Assembly: GCA_030615765.1 (NCBI GenBank)
Contig: JAUWYP010000004.1
Location: 15,862 to 79,861 of the forward strand
DNA length: 64,000 nt
From: Dehalococcoidia bacterium
GTDB lineage: Bacteria > Chloroflexota > Dehalococcoidia > SM23-28-2
Reading direction: 5' to 3'
Part shown: positions 30,854-42,576 of the stretch, one piece after another
Layout of the letters: every line of letters begins with the position of its first letter
Position numbering within the stretch: position 1 is the first letter of the stretch
Translations under genes and position numbers: made by a program
The notes under the pieces: generated by a model
Databases searched by the model: none
What the model was told of the DNA's origin: nothing
The model's input: only the letters and a program-made list of their open reading frames with translations

Positions 30854-31055
30854 GCCAGATCACCTCCTGCAACTAGAGTCTATCATGAAGAAGACCCAGT
30901 TCGGCAACGGCCGTGGATGGGCCTAATGTACTAGACCATTTGGACGCCCTGAACGAGGAGACGATAGAAATCGTTCGGCGTCCGACGGCACCACCCGCAG
31001 TGTTCAAGAGCAGCGCCTAGGGGGTAAACTTAGCGATGAAGCTTGAGGAGGAGCA

Positions 31056-31547
31056 ATGGACGCCTACACCTGCATTCGTACCAAGCGAGATACCAGGGCC
31101 TATCAGGACAAGCCTATTCCCGAGCAATCTCTACAGCGCATACTCCAAGCTGGACGCATGGCGGGCAGCGCCAAGAACCGCCAGCCCTGCCGCTTCGTGG
31201 TCCTCCAGGACGCCTCGAAGAAAAAGGAACTCGCCACCTGCGGCCAGTTCGCCCAGCACATAGGATCGGCGCCGGTGGCGGTGGCCATCGTCCTACCGCA
31301 GGGCGCCCGTGAATTCGACGCCGGCCGTTGTGCCCAGAACATGATGCTCGCCGCCTGGGCGGAGGGCATCATCTCTTGTCCGATCACAATGCACGACAAC
31401 GCTTGCGCCCTGCGAGTCCTCGGCGTTCCCCAAGGCTACCGGGTCTCCATCGTTCTCGCTTTCGGCTACCCGCCATCTTCGGATCCTCGGCCCAAAGGCA
31501 CGCCCCGCATCCCGCTGGAGGAACTGGTGCATTGGGGCAACTGGTGA
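31056..31547 (+). CDS. Nitroreductase family protein
   Basis: 163-aa ORF with a GAGGAGGAG SD. RTKRDTRAYQDKPIP ... GSAKNRQPCRFVV is typical of the nitroreductase/NADH-oxidase fold. Confidence 0.8.
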   Translation: MDAYTCIRTKRDTRAYQDKPIPEQSLQRILQAGRMAGSAKNRQPCRFVVLQDASKKKELATCGQFAQHIGSAPVAVAIVLPQGAREFDAGRCAQNMMLAAWAEGIISCPITMHDNACALRVLGVPQGYRVSIVLAFGYPPSSDPRPKGTPRIPLEELVHWGNW

Positions 31548-31817
31548 TAGGCCGATATCCGTGCTGCTTGGGGCAAACGTGCTTGGCCAGGGCTCCAGCC
31601 CAGGGAGAAGTTTAACGCAGCCCGCTTCATCGATGAGCGGCCTTGGCGCGGGGGCTGGATTGCTGTTTGTGGCCACCAGCGCCATCGAGAAAACTCCTGC
31701 CGCCCCAGTCTCCTGCAGGCTTATCACGACCCGCCCCAGGTGGACAGTGCCTTTCCCGGCACCGCGTGCACCCTGAGGCCCAAACTTGAGGACCGCCTAG
31801 CTCTGCCGCAGTCGGAG

Positions 31818-34289
<2,472 letters not shown>

Positions 34290-34386
34290 CGGTGAAGGCC
34301 CAACTCTTCTCCCTTGCCAAGAAGGGCCGCTCCGCCCCAGCCTAGGGAGGCGGCTGAGTCGACTCGCCGGTGGAATACCTCCTGTC

Positions 34387-35820
34387 TCAATTCTTCTGCC
34401 TCTCCCTGAAGCGCTGAAGATTCCCCAAGCCGTCATAGGCAGCATACTTGTAGACATCGGACAGCGTGGGGAAGTTGAAGACGTTCTGGATGAAGAAGTC
34501 CAAGGTCCCGTCGAAGTACATGCAGGCCTGCCCGATGTGAATCAACTCGGAAGCCCGCTCGCCGATAATGTGCACCCCCAGTAGCTTCTGGTCCTCCGGC
34601 CTGAAGAGCAGCTTCACCAGCCCGGCAGTGTCGCCTATGATCTGTCCCCGCGGGTTGTTTCTGTAGGAAGCCCGCCCTACCAGATAGTCCTGACCCTTCT
34701 GGCTCAGGGAATCCTCCGACTCTCCCACCACCGAGATCTCGGGAATTGTATAGACCCCATACGGGACAAGGGGGGAGACGCACTGCTTGTATTCGAGGCC
34801 GAAGGCATGGCAGGCCGCCACCCGGCCCTGTTCCATCGAGGTCGAGGCTAGAGCCGGGAAGCCGACGACGTCGCCAGCGGCGTAGATGTGGGGGACGCTG
34901 GTCTGGAAGTGCTCATTCACCTCGATCCTCCCCCTCGGCCCCATCTTCACCCCCACCTTCTCCAGGCCGAGCTCCTCCGTGTTGCTACTACGGCCGCCGC
35001 ACAACAGAACCGCCTGTGCTCGCACCTCTTCACCACCGTTCAGGGAGACGCTGACACATTCCTCGTCTCGCCGCACCTGCATCCCCTCCACTCGACGGCC
35101 GAACATCACTCGAACTCCCAGGGCCTGTATCTGGTTGAGCAAGATGTCGGAGATCTCCCGGTCCAGGAAGGGCAGGAGCCTCTCTCCACCGTCGACCACG
35201 CTAACCGGGATGCCCAGGGCAGCGAAAACGGTGGTGTACTCGCTGCCGATGACTCCTGCTCCGATCACCACCAGCGACGACGGGATGCGCTTCAGCTTCA
35301 GGATGCTGTCCGAGTCGTAGACATACTCCCCGTCAAAGGGAACCTCCGCAGGTCGGTACGGTCGAGAGCCGGTGGCGGCGAGAATATACTTCCCCCTCAG
35401 ACACAACGAGCCCCCGTCCCTCCTCACCCGAACCGTCCAGGGGTCCTCCACGGACGCCACACCCTGGAAGAGGTCGATGTTATGTCGAGCGATGTTCTCC
35501 CTGACGAGCCCTAGATGACTGTCGACGACGGACTTCTTGCGATAGAAGAGGTCATCCACAGTGACCTCCTTGTTGAGGGTGTAATCCACCCCGTAGAGGC
35601 CACGCTGCTTCAGCCCGGAGAGATACAGTGCTGTCTCCCTCAGCGTCTTACTGGGCAGAGTGCCCGTGTTGACCACAGCCCCACCCACGTTGTCTTTCTC
35701 GACGATAGCCACCCTCTTGCCAAAGTAGGCAGCTTGGGCTGCTCCCTTCTCGCCGGCCGGTCCTGCCCCGATAGCCAGGAGGTCATAGGCTTCCATATTC
35801 TGCTTATCAGCCAGAGTCAT
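34387..35820 (-). CDS. sthA: Soluble pyridine nucleotide transhydrogenase-like flavoprotein (SthA/UdhA type)
   Basis: 477-aa ORF. FAD motif [28 protein letters not shown] lacks the CxxxxC redox disulfide of lipoamide dehydrogenases, as SthA does. The NAD motif [11 protein letters not shown] and a dimerisation domain are present. Confidence 0.8.
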   Translation of the reverse strand: MTLADKQNMEAYDLLAIGAGPAGEKGAAQAAYFGKRVAIVEKDNVGGAVVNTGTLPSKTLRETALYLSGLKQRGLYGVDYTLNKEVTVDDLFYRKKSVVDSHLGLVRENIARHNIDLFQGVASVEDPWTVRVRRDGGSLCLRGKYILAATGSRPYRPAEVPFDGEYVYDSDSILKLKRIPSSLVVIGAGVIGSEYTTVFAALGIPVSVVDGGERLLPFLDREISDILLNQIQALGVRVMFGRRVEGMQVRRDEECVSVSLNGGEEVRAQAVLLCGGRSSNTEELGLEKVGVKMGPRGRIEVNEHFQTSVPHIYAAGDVVGFPALASTSMEQGRVAACHAFGLEYKQCVSPLVPYGVYTIPEISVVGESEDSLSQKGQDYLVGRASYRNNPRGQIIGDTAGLVKLLFRPEDQKLLGVHIIGERASELIHIGQACMYFDGTLDFFIQNVFNFPTLSDVYKYAAYDGLGNLQRFRERQKN

Positions 35821-36074
35821 TCTTTGGCCTCGCTCTTAGGATGAGAAACGGCGCAGAAAACACACGCCGGGCTCTGCCCTAGCAGTTCGCCCACGAGCTG
35901 GCTCCTCCAGCAACCCCTAAACGAGCCAGCTCCGCACAGGTGTCGCCAGGCAGTCAACACCCGGTAGACAAACCCAATCCCTGTGCCAGCCATTCCTGTC
36001 GACAGTCTCAGCTCGTTGGCCGGCACGGCCGCCAATATGGAGGTCGCCTGTGCAACCGCACTGTATTGATGTCT

Positions 36075-36102
36075 ATTCTAGCGGATGAGGAGATATTGTC
36101 AA
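36075..36102 (-). promoter_or_regulatory. Candidate sigma70-type promoter (TTGACA-16-TAGAAT) upstream of sthA
   Basis: On the minus strand, TTGACA lies at 36102-36097 and TAGAAT at 36080-36075. This implies a leader of roughly 250 nt before the sthA ATG at 35820. Confidence 0.4.
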
Positions 36103-36222
36103 CCAAGAGAAGGGATCTGTGACTATTTGCTAGCTTCCATTCCTCGCGAAAGCTCGTCAGATCATACCAGGGTTGATATAGCTGGAGGGAGGACCAAACA
36201 GGCAGACGGGCTTGGCACCGGC

Positions 36223-38064
36223 CTAGGGCGAGTCCGGCTGCAGGCGGAAGAGAGGCACCGGTTCCTCCTTGCCCTTCAGACTGAAGGAGCCCAGATGCTC
36301 CGCGGAGAGCCGTCCGGCGACAAGCTCCTGGGTGGTCGGACCGATCCAGGCCTCGCCCGCGGGGGCCACGCCGCAGATTCGAGCCGCCAGGTTCACCGAA
36401 TCGCCAACGGCGGTGTACTCCGACCGTCCGAGAGAGCCAACGTTGCCTACCAGCGCTTCCCCCGTGTTGATGCCGAAGCCGAAGCGAGCTCCAGACAGTG
36501 AAGGGTCAGGCTCCGCCGCTCGGCCTAGCTCTTCCACCGAGGCGAGCGCCGCCTGGCAGGCCTCGAAGGCGTGGTCCGGGCACTCCTGGGGCGCGTTCCA
36601 TATAGCAACGATGGCGTCGCCGCCGAACTTGTTTACCATGCCCCGGTGGGCTACCACCTGACTGATGATGGCGGCGAAACAGCGGTTCAGATAGTCCACC
36701 ACCTCTGACGCCGGCCGCCGCTCGGAGAGGGAGGTGAACCCCCTCAGGTCGGCGAAGAGGACGGTGATCTGGCGCAGCTCGCCGCCCAGGTGCAGGTCGC
36801 CGCGGTCGGCCCGCTCCACAAGTTCCGTCGCCACCTCCGGCGAGATGTAGCGGCCGAACAGCTCCCGCACCTCGCGCCGCGCCATGGCCTCCGAGGTAAC
36901 GCGGTGAGATAGGTTGACCACGAAGACCAACGCCAGCAGGACGAGGGGGTTCAGCATCGCCAGCACCCAGCCCCGGTCGAAGGCCGTCCAGACGCTCAGC
37001 GCGTAGGCGAAGGCCAAAGCCAACGTTACCCCCAGGCCCCAGCGAAGGTTGATGCGAGGGAGCGCCAGCGCCGCGATAGCCCCCAGCGCCAGCATGCTCA
37101 GAAGCGTCCCCACTCCACCCACCTCCTGAAGGAAGCGCGCCCGCAGGAGGGTATCGAGCGCGTTGGCGTGCAGGTAGAGGCCCGGCAGGGGAGCGCTGCC
37201 GAGCGGAGTCTGGTGGCGGTCGCCGGTGCCTGCGGCCGTCTCGCCTACCAGCACGACCTTGTTGCGGACGTCAGCCGCCTCGAACTCGCCGCTAATGACC
37301 TTCCAGTAGGGAATAGAGGCGAAGCGGTCATCGCCGCCGACGTAGTTAATGCGCATGCTCGCGGCCTCGCCCAGAGGCACCTCCCGGCCCAGGACGTCCA
37401 GGCTCCCACCATCCAGGGGTAGCTGCTCGGGCGGCACCTGGAGGAAAAACAGGTAGAGGGCAGCCAGGGACAGGGCGGGATACTCTCGGCCTTCGGCGTC
37501 GCGGATGGCCAGCGGCACTCGTCGCACTACGCCGTCACTGTCCTCGGGCAGGTAGGCGTGGGCCAGGTAGGGATCACTCACCTGCAGAGACGCCGGCGGA
37601 GTCAGAACGGTCTCAAAGAGCGGCGCCTCCCCGTCTGATTCCAGGCGATTCAGAGGCGCTGTCGCCAGTATGACAGGCATGCGGGAAAGGGCGTCGGCAA
37701 GCTCCTCGTCCTCCTCGGACTCCTCGACGAAGAGAATGTCCATGGCCACGCCCTTGGCCTCGGCTTCCCGCAGGTTCTCCAGGGCATCGGCATGCAGAGA
37801 ACGCGGCCAATCGCCGAGGCGCCCGTACTTGGCCAGCGTCTCCTCATCGATGCCCGCCACCACGATATTGGGCGAGGCGTCCTGATGGCGGAAGAGGCGA
37901 TCTGTGAGGCCCCACTCCCAGGTGTGGAAGGGCTCCACGCCCCACACGAACAGCGAGAAGGCGACGGTCACCGCCACAATGAGGACAGCAGCCATGCGCC
38001 GGCGCGCTTCTCGCCGGCTGCGTCCGCGCAGCACGGCCACCAGCGCCGATGCCAGGCCGCTCAA
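36223..38064 (-). CDS. CHASE2 sensor domain adenylate/guanylate cyclase (class III)
   Basis: 613-aa ORF with an N-terminal TM helix, a CHASE2-like periplasmic region, three TM helices, and then the cyclase domain (ITVLFADLRGFTSLSE, KFGGDAIVAIW, GINTGEALVGNVGS). Confidence 0.85.
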   Translation of the reverse strand: MSGLASALVAVLRGRSRREARRRMAAVLIVAVTVAFSLFVWGVEPFHTWEWGLTDRLFRHQDASPNIVVAGIDEETLAKYGRLGDWPRSLHADALENLREAEAKGVAMDILFVEESEEDEELADALSRMPVILATAPLNRLESDGEAPLFETVLTPPASLQVSDPYLAHAYLPEDSDGVVRRVPLAIRDAEGREYPALSLAALYLFFLQVPPEQLPLDGGSLDVLGREVPLGEAASMRINYVGGDDRFASIPYWKVISGEFEAADVRNKVVLVGETAAGTGDRHQTPLGSAPLPGLYLHANALDTLLRARFLQEVGGVGTLLSMLALGAIAALALPRINLRWGLGVTLALAFAYALSVWTAFDRGWVLAMLNPLVLLALVFVVNLSHRVTSEAMARREVRELFGRYISPEVATELVERADRGDLHLGGELRQITVLFADLRGFTSLSERRPASEVVDYLNRCFAAIISQVVAHRGMVNKFGGDAIVAIWNAPQECPDHAFEACQAALASVEELGRAAEPDPSLSGARFGFGINTGEALVGNVGSLGRSEYTAVGDSVNLAARICGVAPAGEAWIGPTTQELVAGRLSAEHLGSFSLKGKEEPVPLFRLQPDSP

Positions 38065-38250
38065 AGTCGTTCTCCTCCCAAAGTGTAAAGCAACCCCCTC
38101 CGTTAAGGTCTTGGCGATGACAAGGCCCGTCGACCAATGCAGACAGGAGTCCCGGAGTGGAAGATACCTAGCCAGCTCTAATCGGGCAGTTGCACGAGTA
38201 GCTACGAAGGCGCTGGGATAAGCGAATGCCTGCTCTCGCCCTTCACAGCC

Positions 38251-39312
38251 CTAGGGACTAAGTCTCCCCCGCTCGATGAGCCCCTCGGCAATCTGAACCA
38301 CGTTCAGTGCAGCGCCCTTTCGCAAGTTGTCTGACACGCACCAGAGGTTCAGCCCGTTTTCGATGGTTGGGTCTTCCCGGATCCGCCCCACTAGTACCAT
38401 GTCCTGATATTCAGGCTTTCGAACGTCAAGAGGCACGGGATAGGTGCGCTCAAACGGGTCATTTCGGGGGGTGTTGGTGTTCGGCTCATCGATGATGACG
38501 ACGCCCGGCGAGCTCGCTAGAATCTCCCGCGCCTCAGCGGCGGTCAGCTTCCTCTCCGTCTCGATGTTAATGCTTTCGCCATGCCCCACGAAGACCGCCA
38601 CCCGCACCGTGGTGGGACTTATCTTGATGGTGTCATCCCCCATGATCTTCTGGGTCTCCAGCACCATCTTCATCTCTTCCTTGGTGTAGCCGTCCTCCCT
38701 GAACTTGTCGATGTGAGGAAATAGGTTGAACGCTATTGGATGAGCGAACACTGTCGGCTCGAAGGGAATACCATCTAGAGACTTGAGCGCAAGGGGGGTC
38801 TGGTCCACAAGCTCCTGCTCCGCCTGCACACCCCATCCCGAGACGCTCTGATAGGTGGAGACGACCACCCTACGGATCCTGGCAGCCCGGTGCAGTGGAT
38901 CAAGAACCAACACCATCTGGATGGTGGAGCAGTTGGGACTGGCGATGAAGCTCTTGTCGGGCGTTACGGCGTCAAGATTCACTTCCGGCACTACCAGCGG
39001 GACGGCGGGGTCCATACGGAAGTCGCCGCCGTTGTCCACACAGATGGCGCCCGCTTCGACCGCCTTCTCGCCCCACTGGACGCTTGCCCCCTTGCCGCCC
39101 TCTTTCCCCGCGAAGAAGACGACATCCACGCCCTCGAAAGCCTCCTCGCCGGTCTCCTCAACATGGAAGCCCTCTCCGGCAAGCGTTTCGCTGCGCGCTC
39201 TTGTCGCACAGATCCGCGGAGGCCACTCCATAGGGAAGTCACGTTCCCGCAAGATGGAAACGATTTGCTCCCCGACCATGCCCACACCCACGACGGTAAC
39301 TCTTAGCGCCAT
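38251..39312 (-). CDS. asd: Aspartate-semialdehyde dehydrogenase
   Basis: I prefer the ATG at 39312 (MALRVTVVGVGMVGE) after GGGAGG. The active-site motif is ASPNCSTIQMV, and YQSVSGWG is present. Confidence 0.9.
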   Translation of the reverse strand: MALRVTVVGVGMVGEQIVSILRERDFPMEWPPRICATRARSETLAGEGFHVEETGEEAFEGVDVVFFAGKEGGKGASVQWGEKAVEAGAICVDNGGDFRMDPAVPLVVPEVNLDAVTPDKSFIASPNCSTIQMVLVLDPLHRAARIRRVVVSTYQSVSGWGVQAEQELVDQTPLALKSLDGIPFEPTVFAHPIAFNLFPHIDKFREDGYTKEEMKMVLETQKIMGDDTIKISPTTVRVAVFVGHGESINIETERKLTAAEAREILASSPGVVIIDEPNTNTPRNDPFERTYPVPLDVRKPEYQDMVLVGRIREDPTIENGLNLWCVSDNLRKGAALNVVQIAEGLIERGRLSP

Positions 39313-39585
39313 ACTGACCTCCCTGAACAGGCACAAGGAATCTCACTGCTCATGAGAACCTGTCCTAAGACTTAGCCTAATTCTCCTTCATCGAACAACA
39401 AAAGCGCAACAGCCTTCGTTGCGCCCGCCGTTGCTCCGCGTGCACAAAGCATCACAAACCGAGCGCCTGCTTGTCAAGACGGCATGAGAAGAGGGCCCTA
39501 CCCCACACTGCTGAGGCAGGAACGCAGGCTATCTCCACAGACGGAACCGCGATCACATAGCGGCCCGCCCATGTGGATCCCTCCG

Positions 39586-39614
39586 TTGACAGGCCTGTCA
39601 GCGCCAGGTATGAT
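39586..39614 (+). promoter_or_regulatory. Candidate sigma70-type promoter (TTGACA-17-TATGAT) upstream of the 39706 gene
   Basis: TTGACA at 39586-39591, a 17-nt spacer, and TATGAT at 39609-39614, about 90 nt upstream of the ATG. The perfect 12-bp palindrome GACAGGCCTGTC (39588-39599) overlaps the -35 box. Confidence 0.45.
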
Positions 39615-39705
39615 GGCCGCGCTCTGTAGGCATTCGTAAGCTCGGTTCGCGACACGTTTGCCTGGGAGGTGAAGCTGCGTGGTTCTTGAGAAGGGAGGAT
39701 AGCAA

Positions 39706-42381
39706 ATGAAGACTAAGCGTGGCGTGATATGCTCCCTGGTGGCCTTGGTGGTCTTGCTGGCGGTGGTTGTGATCGTGGCCCGGTGGGACATGGCGAAGGC
39801 TGCCACCTTCAACCCTACGCTTGACGTAACCCTGTCGGACGACACGGCCGGGGCCAACGCCGACGTGACGAACGACCATGGCATACCAGCCGGGGACGCC
39901 AACTTCGAGGTGTACATTTCCTTTACGCCTGTCGAGTTCACCCGAGCGACTGACGTACCCATTGGCGCCCATGTGGCCGACTTGGACGCGCTGAGTACCC
40001 TGGGGCTCCTCAACAACCCCTGCATCACCCCCTTCCCGGTGTTCTTTGAGATGCTCAGCGCCAGTGTGGACACGACAGACACGCTGACCTTTGACGACAG
40101 CTACATCGATGCTGACGCCAACACCCTTGTCGATGGCGCGGAGAAGTATCCGGACTTCCTGAACACCCTCTTCCCCGGACTGACTCCCACGGTGCGCCTG
40201 TTCGGCGCGACCACTGCGGCCGGCACGGCGCTGACCATGAATTTCGTCTTCTTCGAGCCGGGATCGACCATCTTTGACATAGCGTTTGATGCCACCCTGG
40301 GCACCCCCTCGGTATCTGTTCTCAACGATCCCGCGGCTGAGCTGGCACCCAACCCGATAACGGACTTCTGCACGCCTCTGGCTACCGCCACTAGAACCTT
40401 CGGGATTAGCAAGGACAACGCCGCCACCGCCGCCGATGAAAGCGGCCATGTAGTGAGCACCAACCCCACCACGGCCGGCGACTACATCTTCAACAACTAT
40501 GTCAAGAGCATACCGGACGCCGATGGCGACGGCTTGGACAACGGCATGGATACCTGTCCCTTTGACGTCGACACGGGCCTGGACGACGACAACGACGGCA
40601 TCGACAACGTGTGCGACCCCGATCCCGCCGTCGCCAGCGCTGGTCTGGACGAGGACGGGGACGACTACATGAACTGCGGCGACAACTGCCCCCTGGACGA
40701 CAACTACGATCAGGCGGACGCTGACGATGACGACATAGGCGACGTCTGCGACCTCGAGGGCGCCGGTGGCATCGGCCTGGGCCCCACCACGCGCGACGGC
40801 GAATCTATTGAGGTCTACATCCAGGACACGGTGACCATTGTCGGCGCTCCGGAGGAGGGCGCGCTGGAGAACTGCCCCCAGGCAGGCAAGTGGGCCATAG
40901 CGGTGTGGAATGGCGATGACGGCACCGATGCTGAACAGGCTTTCGCCACCTGCGGCGAGGGCGCTGTGATCGCTGCCTATGCCCTTGACCCCGAAACACA
41001 GGCGTGGTCGCGCTGGTTCGCCGACCAGCCCGGCCTCAGCACCTTGACCACCCTGGACGACATGCAGGGCGTCATAGCCCTCGGGGGAGCGGGAGCGTCG
41101 GGCCCCGGAGCGGCGGGCTCGTCGGAGGCCAACGAAGGCGCCATGCAGAACTGCCCCCAGGCAGGCAACTGGGCGATATCCGTCTGGAGCGGCGATGATG
41201 CCACCGACCCTGACCAGGCTTTCGCCACCTGCGATGAAGGGGGAGTGGCGGTCGCCTACAGCATCGACCCCGACACACAGCAGTGGTCGCGCTGGTTCGC
41301 CGACCAGCCCGGCCTCAGCACCTTGACCACCCTGGACGACATGCAGGGCGTCATAGCCCTCGGAGCCACAGAGGCCCCGGAGACCCCCGACCTCGCGGCG
41401 GGCTGGACGAAGATCGAGCCGGGCGGCGACACCATCTGCTCGCAGGGCACACCGTACGCCTACTACGTGCATCCGGGCACGGTCAACCGCCTGGTGGTCT
41501 ACTTCCAGGGCGGTGGTGCTTGCTGGAACGACTTCACCTGCTCGGACCCGGACGCATACTTCGACAATACCGTGGACGAGAGCGACAACCCGGAGAACTG
41601 GACGGGAGGGATCGGCGACCTAGACAACCCTGACAACCCCTTCAAGGACTGGTTCCTCGTTTACGTCCCCTACTGCACGGCGGACATCCACTGGGGGGAC
41701 AACACTAAGACTTACACGATAGGGGGCGAGGACACCACCCTCTATCACAAAGGGTTTGTGAACGTCAGCGCAGTCCTGGACTGGATACAGGCCAACTTCG
41801 AGCAGCCGGAGAAGATCTTCGTGTCCGGCTGCAGCGCAGGGAGCTATGGCTCGGTCATGGGTGCGGCCCACATCCACGAGCTCTATCCCGACGTGTCTCT
41901 CTACCAGCTCGGAGACGCCGGTGCCGGCGTGGCCACGGCCGATTTCTTCGGAAACGGCTTGCCGAACTGGGGCGCGGTACAAAACATCCCGGACTGGATT
42001 CCGGCGCTGGACGTTTCGTCGACCGATCTACTGCCCAACCTCTACATCGCCCTGGCAAATCACTACCCCAACGACCGCTGGGCCCAGTACAACGCCGCCT
42101 ACGACGGAGTCCAGACGTTCTTCTACGGCGCTATGGGCGGTAACGCTGCCGACTGGAGCGACCTCATGCTCGCCAGCATGCAGGAGATCCAGGACAACGC
42201 TCCCAATTTCCACTCTTACATCGCCCCGGGCACAATGGAGTGCATCACCGGGCAGGACATCTTCTACACCCGCGAGGTCGAGGGCGTCCTGTTCAGCGAC
42301 TGGGTAGAGGCGATGGTAAACGACGAGGCGTGGGACGACGTGATGTGCACGGACTGCGAGACCGACCCCTTGGCACCATAG
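39706..42381 (+). CDS. Secreted multidomain protein: signal/anchor, unknown N-domain, thrombospondin type-3-like Ca-binding repeats, two copies of an unrecognised two-Cys domain, pectin-acetylesterase (PAE/Notum-like) domain
   Basis: 891-aa ORF with a GGGAGGA SD. The N-terminal hydrophobic stretch is VICSLVALVVLLAVVVIV. The TSP3-like repeats read DADGDGLDNGMDTCP ... DDDNDGIDNVCD ... DEDGDDYMNCGDNCP ... DDDDIGDVCD. Two NCPQAGxWAIxVW ... QGVIALG units follow. PAE motifs are VVYFQGGGACW, YCTADIHWGD, and FVSGCSAGSYG. Confidence 0.85.
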   Translation: MKTKRGVICSLVALVVLLAVVVIVARWDMAKAATFNPTLDVTLSDDTAGANADVTNDHGIPAGDANFEVYISFTPVEFTRATDVPIGAHVADLDALSTLGLLNNPCITPFPVFFEMLSASVDTTDTLTFDDSYIDADANTLVDGAEKYPDFLNTLFPGLTPTVRLFGATTAAGTALTMNFVFFEPGSTIFDIAFDATLGTPSVSVLNDPAAELAPNPITDFCTPLATATRTFGISKDNAATAADESGHVVSTNPTTAGDYIFNNYVKSIPDADGDGLDNGMDTCPFDVDTGLDDDNDGIDNVCDPDPAVASAGLDEDGDDYMNCGDNCPLDDNYDQADADDDDIGDVCDLEGAGGIGLGPTTRDGESIEVYIQDTVTIVGAPEEGALENCPQAGKWAIAVWNGDDGTDAEQAFATCGEGAVIAAYALDPETQAWSRWFADQPGLSTLTTLDDMQGVIALGGAGASGPGAAGSSEANEGAMQNCPQAGNWAISVWSGDDATDPDQAFATCDEGGVAVAYSIDPDTQQWSRWFADQPGLSTLTTLDDMQGVIALGATEAPETPDLAAGWTKIEPGGDTICSQGTPYAYYVHPGTVNRLVVYFQGGGACWNDFTCSDPDAYFDNTVDESDNPENWTGGIGDLDNPDNPFKDWFLVYVPYCTADIHWGDNTKTYTIGGEDTTLYHKGFVNVSAVLDWIQANFEQPEKIFVSGCSAGSYGSVMGAAHIHELYPDVSLYQLGDAGAGVATADFFGNGLPNWGAVQNIPDWIPALDVSSTDLLPNLYIALANHYPNDRWAQYNAAYDGVQTFFYGAMGGNAADWSDLMLASMQEIQDNAPNFHSYIAPGTMECITGQDIFYTREVEGVLFSDWVEAMVNDEAWDDVMCTDCETDPLAP
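40870..41364 (+). repeat. In-frame tandem duplication (period 279 nt) encoding two copies of the two-Cys domain
   Basis: The copies span 40870-41088 and 41149-41364. By eye, an 81-nt stretch is identical between them (41004-41084 vs 41283-41363). Confidence 0.85.
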
Positions 42382-42424
42382 TAACGCGCCGCCTCTCGAA
42401 TCTCGATAACTTTGCCCTACGCCG

Positions 42425-42452
42425 GGCGCCGCTCCCCGAGGGGAGCGGCGCC
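42425..42452 (+). terminator. GC-rich stem-loop downstream of the 39706..42381 gene (candidate terminator, no U-tract)
   Basis: ggcgccgctcccc / ggggagcggcgcc are perfect 13-nt inverted arms that start 44 nt after the stop codon. No T-run follows, so the assignment is tentative. Confidence 0.4.
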
Positions 42453-42576
42453 TACGGCGAACTGGTAGTAGAGCCAGCCGACGCTGGTCCCGAGCGCGTC
42501 AGATGCTCAAGTGCGTGCCACCGGCAAGCGTGCCATGGCCTCTGAAAGAAGGCGAAGGCTAAGAGGAGGTGCGGCC

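Noticed and set aside
35821-36068. A match of the sthA leader to the ZTP or NAD+ riboswitch classes.
   Set aside because: Only short, partial resemblances were seen (for example CUGCCUGGCGA). The conserved pseudoknot and core nucleotides that I remember for these classes are not present.
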